A stretch of DNA of 64,000 bases, from positions 2,688,001 to 2,752,000 of the forward strand of contig OY821645.1 in NCBI GenBank assembly GCA_963682135.1, in the 5' to 3' direction. The notes below the pieces were generated by a model, which searched no databases, had not been told where the DNA came from, and worked only from the letters and a program-made list of their open reading frames with translations. A program made the position numbers and the translations under genes. This DNA comes from Methanothrix sp. (lineage in GTDB: Archaea; Halobacteriota; Methanosarcinia; Methanotrichales; Methanotrichaceae). Shown here one piece after another: positions 59,777 through 64,000 of the stretch (positions within the stretch are counted from its first letter, which is position 1; each line of letters opens with the position of its first letter).

Positions 59777-59910
59777 AGGGCACCCTCGTCACCGGACAAT
59801 TGCCGAGGATAAATGCGTTTTGATCGTGAAGTAAATCGATTGGTTTAATCGATGGGTTTATTAGAGAAGCAAGGAAGGAAAGTGCCTACTTTTAACGGGG
59901 TTTGGAGCTT

Positions 59911-60321
59911 ATGGCAAGACTTGGTTTCGTGGTCTCGGAGTTCAATAGGGACATCACCTATCAGATGGAGCTTTTGGGCAGAGAGCATGCTCGGTTCCTG
60001 GGAGCAGAGGTCGCGACTGTCGTTTATGTTCCTGGGGTTTATGATATGCCCCTTGTGGTGAAGAAGCTGCTTCGTCGCGAGGACATCGATGCGGTCGTGA
60101 CCATCGGTTGCGTTATTCAGGGGGAGACTGCCCATGATGAGGTTGTGGTCTCGCAAGCGGCTCGAAAGCTGATGGATCTGTCATTAGAGCATGATAAGCC
60201 TGTGACTTTGGGAATCACCGGTCCCAAGATGTCCCGGCCGGATGCCCACAAGCGGGTGGATTACGCCAAGCGGGCGGTCGAAGCGGCGGTCAAGCTCCTG
60301 CAGAGAATGGATGGTGTTTAA
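59911..60321 (+). CDS. ribH: 6,7-dimethyl-8-ribityllumazine synthase
   Basis: VVSEFN, VPGVYDMP, GCVIQGETAHD, KPVTLGI. Confidence 0.93.
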   Translation: MARLGFVVSEFNRDITYQMELLGREHARFLGAEVATVVYVPGVYDMPLVVKKLLRREDIDAVVTIGCVIQGETAHDEVVVSQAARKLMDLSLEHDKPVTLGITGPKMSRPDAHKRVDYAKRAVEAAVKLLQRMDGV

Positions 60322-60324
60322 GCT

Positions 60325-61461
60325 ATGGTCTCCTCGCGAATGGCTTCCATTCACGAATCAACCACCATGAAGATCTCGGCTATGGCCAAGAAGCTGGCGG
60401 CTGGCGGTCTTGATATCATCGATATGGGTGTCGGCGAGCCTGACTTCGATACGCCTAAACACATTGTTGAGGCGGGCTGCAGCTCTATCAGAAATGGCGA
60501 GACGCGCTATGCGCCAACCGCTGGTATTCCCCAGCTTCGCCAGGCCATCGCGGATAAGCTGGTCCGGGAAAATTCCCTTCACGTTTCTGCTGATGATGTC
60601 TCTGTCACTCCCGGTGCCAAGATGGCGGTGTTTGCCGCCATCCAGGCGCTGCTCTCCGAGGGCGATGAGTGCGTTCTCATCGGGCCTTCCTGGGTGAGCT
60701 ATGAGCCATGTGTGGCCTTTGCGGGGGCGACTGTCGCCTGGGGCGGTGTAGATGACAATTTTATGCCTCTTGATCTGGCGGATAACATCAATTCCCGGAC
60801 AAAGCTCATAATAGTCAACTCTCCCTCTAATCCCACGGGTTCTGTTTTTGATAAAAAGATCCTTAAGGAGATCTCAGATCTGGCTGTGGATCACAATCTT
60901 TTCGTTATCTCCGATGAGATCTATGAAAAGATAATTTATGATCGCGAGCACATCAGCATTGGCTCATTGCCGGGAATGGAAGAGCGGACCGTGACCATAA
61001 ACGGCTTTTCCAAGGCCTATGCCATGACAGGATGGCGACTTGGATACCTCGCCGGTCCCAAAGAGGTCATGAAATGGATTAACCGGCTTCTCTCTCACTC
61101 CGTATCTCAGGCCACAACTTTTGTGCAGAGTGCGGGGTTGGCTGCTCTGCAAGGGCCTCAGGATGAAGTTGATTATATGTTACGAGAATTTAAGACACGT
61201 CGCGATATGCTGGTCGCGGGCCTAAAGGATCTGGGAATACCGTGCAACGTGCCAGGTGGGGCCTTTTACCTATTTCCGGATGTATCTGCATTGGGGGGCG
61301 GGGATTCCTTTACTGATCGGCTGCTCAAGGAGGCACTCGTTGCAGCCACGCCCGGGTCGGCCTTTGGACCGGGTGGCGCGGATTATGTCCGGCTCTCTTA
61401 TGCAACATCTCAAAGTCGAATTTTACAGGCTCTGGAGAGGATTGAGAAGATCCTGCATTAG
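60325..61461 (+). CDS. class I PLP-dependent (aspartate) aminotransferase
   Basis: GEPDF, NSPSNPTG, SDEIY, SKAYAMTGWRLG. Confidence 0.92.
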   Translation: MVSSRMASIHESTTMKISAMAKKLAAGGLDIIDMGVGEPDFDTPKHIVEAGCSSIRNGETRYAPTAGIPQLRQAIADKLVRENSLHVSADDVSVTPGAKMAVFAAIQALLSEGDECVLIGPSWVSYEPCVAFAGATVAWGGVDDNFMPLDLADNINSRTKLIIVNSPSNPTGSVFDKKILKEISDLAVDHNLFVISDEIYEKIIYDREHISIGSLPGMEERTVTINGFSKAYAMTGWRLGYLAGPKEVMKWINRLLSHSVSQATTFVQSAGLAALQGPQDEVDYMLREFKTRRDMLVAGLKDLGIPCNVPGGAFYLFPDVSALGGGDSFTDRLLKEALVAATPGSAFGPGGADYVRLSYATSQSRILQALERIEKILH

Positions 61462-61615
61462 ATTGGAGCAATAAAATTTTTCAATTATTGTTTTTTTTAT
61501 ATCTGGTAAGGATAAGTTATATAAGTCACTCGGTTTTCTATTAAGATGGCAAGTATCGCAGGCCGATAACCTAATGAGATCTATATAATAAATCTTAAAA
61601 TAAGGGTGCATCGTT

Positions 61616-62815
61616 ATGAATAAAAAAGCTTCTTATCGAGCCAATTCTAATGCCTGGCGAATTGGGATTTCTGGTTTCGTATCGCTATCTATCCTTATCA
61701 TCTCTGCATTGGCAACTCCTTCGCTTGTTCTGGTGAAGAATGCAACAGTTGATACTCCTGGCGGCACAATTCATGAGGGATCGATCTTAACCGGTGCTTA
61801 TACGATCACGAATACAGGCAATGAAACAATTAGCAATATAGTAATTACCGACGTTAGGAATTATCCGACACCAGGAGCTAATGCAACCATTCCTTCCTCA
61901 GGGGATATAGGCGCTCTGCAGGCAGGAAAATCGATAACAATCAATGATGCATACACAGTTACGGAGGATGATATTTGTGCTCAAGGCATCTTGAGGGGCA
62001 CGGCAACAGCCAAAGGAATGGGCTCGGATGGACTCGATGTTTTATCAGATACGTCCGAAACTGTAACCCCTGTGCAAACGTCAGCATCGATTATTCTCCA
62101 AGTAGAGCCCATTTCTCATCCTTCGGCTCTGGCACATCCAGGCGATGAAGTTGAATTCAAATATACCGTGAGAAACCCCGCATACAATGAATCTATCTAC
62201 CGTCAACCAACTTCTGTTCACGGCCTTGTCGTGGCTGATGCTTTATTGGGCAAAGTCTCCATGAATCGGACTGATCTAAGACCAGGTGAATCCGCGACTG
62301 GAACAAAGAAGTACACCATTCCCGCCGATAAAAAAATAATCTCCCGCGGTGTTACGGCTGATGCTGATAGCTGCAAACTGCATGTTGCGGTTGGGGCTGA
62401 TTCAAATCTTCGCATCATCGATCCTGATATGACGATCGTAGCTACTTCGGACAGGGAATCTGTAAAATCAAATGATACTTTAAATCTCACTATTACTGTC
62501 ACTAATACGGGGGATTGTATCCTCAGTGATATTGTCGTGGTAGATACTCTTCCCAAGGGATTAAGTTTTGTTGATGATGGACAATCTGAGCCAAAACCTG
62601 TTCCAAACCCGCCTCTCGTCAATTCCGATGGCACGACTACTTTGACTTATACAAAGACGCAGCTGGCCAAATCCGGCGTTTTCAAGATAGATATCGCGAT
62701 CAGGTCTAATGGGCAAGCAAATGGTAGGCTGCGCAATAGTGTGCAGGCAAATGCCACTGATTTATTAAATACAATCATTGGTCCCAAGGTTGCGTCTAAG
62801 GATGTGACCGTTTAG
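61616..62815 (+). CDS. secreted DUF11-type Ig-like repeat protein
   Basis: Signal peptide; Y.ITNTGN, ITVTNTGD..L..IVVVDTLP.GL.F. Confidence 0.78.
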   Translation: MNKKASYRANSNAWRIGISGFVSLSILIISALATPSLVLVKNATVDTPGGTIHEGSILTGAYTITNTGNETISNIVITDVRNYPTPGANATIPSSGDIGALQAGKSITINDAYTVTEDDICAQGILRGTATAKGMGSDGLDVLSDTSETVTPVQTSASIILQVEPISHPSALAHPGDEVEFKYTVRNPAYNESIYRQPTSVHGLVVADALLGKVSMNRTDLRPGESATGTKKYTIPADKKIISRGVTADADSCKLHVAVGADSNLRIIDPDMTIVATSDRESVKSNDTLNLTITVTNTGDCILSDIVVVDTLPKGLSFVDDGQSEPKPVPNPPLVNSDGTTTLTYTKTQLAKSGVFKIDIAIRSNGQANGRLRNSVQANATDLLNTIIGPKVASKDVTV

Positions 62816-63328
62816 ATTTCTATCTCATTGCCTGTTTTCTCATTTTTTTGCAAGTATCAATAATACTGATTATTCTACCACATAGAAATCCATATCTATA
62901 TGTTCGAAGGGGCAAATTATTTATTCTCTTAAAGATGATGAACATTTGTACTATCGATGGGAGGGACAAAGCATTAATATTATGCAGGAGCCATGTGAGC
63001 TTAATGGATGTAATACATCCTCAAAAAGTCCATTGATTAGATCTGAATCTACTTTCCTGATGAAATCATCGGCTTGGACGAAGGCAATCTGTGCTGATGC
63101 AGATGCCTGCATTCCGGAGGGAGGCGAATCCAATCCCGATGATTTATTGGTTCATAATAAATTGGCAAAGTATTTCCTAATTAATATCCAGCTCTCTATA
63201 GAGAAGAATGCGGCTATAAATCTCAATGCATCTGCCCTCTTTTCAAGGCGGCCGGGTGCAAATGCGAGCAATTGTGCAGCAGGTGCGATAATATTCGGAG
63301 AAAATCTCAGGGGCAAAGGTGTTTAGCC

Positions 63329-64000
63329 ATGAACAAATGGGTTTCTTGTAAAGCCAAATCCAGATTTTGGCAAATCGCGTTTATCATTCTTGTATCGATA
63401 TTTCTGATCAGCGGCTCAGCCAGTGCAGCTGCTCACCTCAAATTTACAAAGACCATTACTACAGGATTAACGACTCATGAGCTAGACACCTTGACTGCTC
63501 ATTATGTTATTGAAAATGATGGCACTGAGACGATTGACAATATCGTAATTAAGGATTCAAGGAACTATCCATACTCAGGCGGATCTTACATAGTATATAC
63601 CTTCCCGCCCTCGGGTGACCTGGGCTCTCTTGCTCCCGGTGGAACGCCAATAACATACGATGATAATTATTTGGTTTCAAATACTGATGCCTGTAACCTA
63701 CCTAATTTGGTGGGAGACGCCTATGCATATGGAACATACGGAAGCAGTCCATCTACTCCTTATTCATCAGATATATTTGAAACGATAACTGGCGTCTCTA
63801 CGTCGACCTCAATACACATCGACAAGGCAATTACCGGTCGCCCCAATAATTATGCCCATCCGCACGATGTGGTGCGTTTTACATACACCGTAGAAAATAC
63901 CGGGTCTCTGTCTGTTTCTAATATCAGGGTAGTAGACACCCCGTTCGGCACAATCTCATTGGCTTCGCCTACTCTGGCGCCATTAGGGAAAACCGGTTCA
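63329..64000 (+). CDS. secreted DUF11-type protein, paralogue of 61616-62815; runs off the window end
   Basis: Open frame from ATG 63329: signal peptide, YVIENDG...DSRNYP...PSGDLGSL, AHPHDVVRFTYTVENTG. Confidence 0.75.
   Translation, partial: MNKWVSCKAKSRFWQIAFIILVSIFLISGSASAAAHLKFTKTITTGLTTHELDTLTAHYVIENDGTETIDNIVIKDSRNYPYSGGSYIVYTFPPSGDLGSLAPGGTPITYDDNYLVSNTDACNLPNLVGDAYAYGTYGSSPSTPYSSDIFETITGVSTSTSIHIDKAITGRPNNYAHPHDVVRFTYTVENTGSLSVSNIRVVDTPFGTISLASPTLAPLGKTGS

Noticed and set aside
62946-63326. 126-aa ORF between the DUF11 paralogues
   Set aside because: No recognisable domain or clear start, so not called as a CDS.
1-64000. CRISPR array, rRNA genes, intact integrase or transposase
   Set aside because: No regularly spaced 25-40 bp repeats with unique spacers, no rRNA-like stretch and no full-length recombinase ORF were seen.

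Overview
Archaeal chromosome segment, most consistent with an aceticlastic Methanothrix (Methanosaeta)-like methanogen. This is inferred from the ferredoxin-domain RpoD, an Acs paralogue, an ADP-forming acetate-CoA ligase, a SatP acetate permease and large secreted DUF11/PKD proteins. Core genes include rps13-rps4-rps11-rpoD-tRNA-Leu(GAG), dinB, smc-scpA, PAC2-DUF473, ilvE, ribH and an aminotransferase. They are interleaved with accessory blocks. (i) A sulfatase / radical-SAM maturase / sulfatase cluster, in which the two divergent secreted sulfatases share a 24-aa twin-arginine-like pro-motif. (ii) A four-gene RLAN / ATP-grasp / YkgJ / GCS2 amide-ligase operon preceded by a coupled 38-aa ORF. 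(iii) A ~4.2 kb decayed island with no integrase, bounded by a 22-bp duplication of the tRNA-Leu(CAA) 3' end. (iv) An IS200/IS605 tnpB and right-end remnant after scpA. (v) A candidate ~63-nt sRNA with its own TATA box, divergent from satP. (vi) Several secreted repeat proteins. No CRISPR array or rRNA was seen. All calls come from reading the sequence only; no database searches were run.
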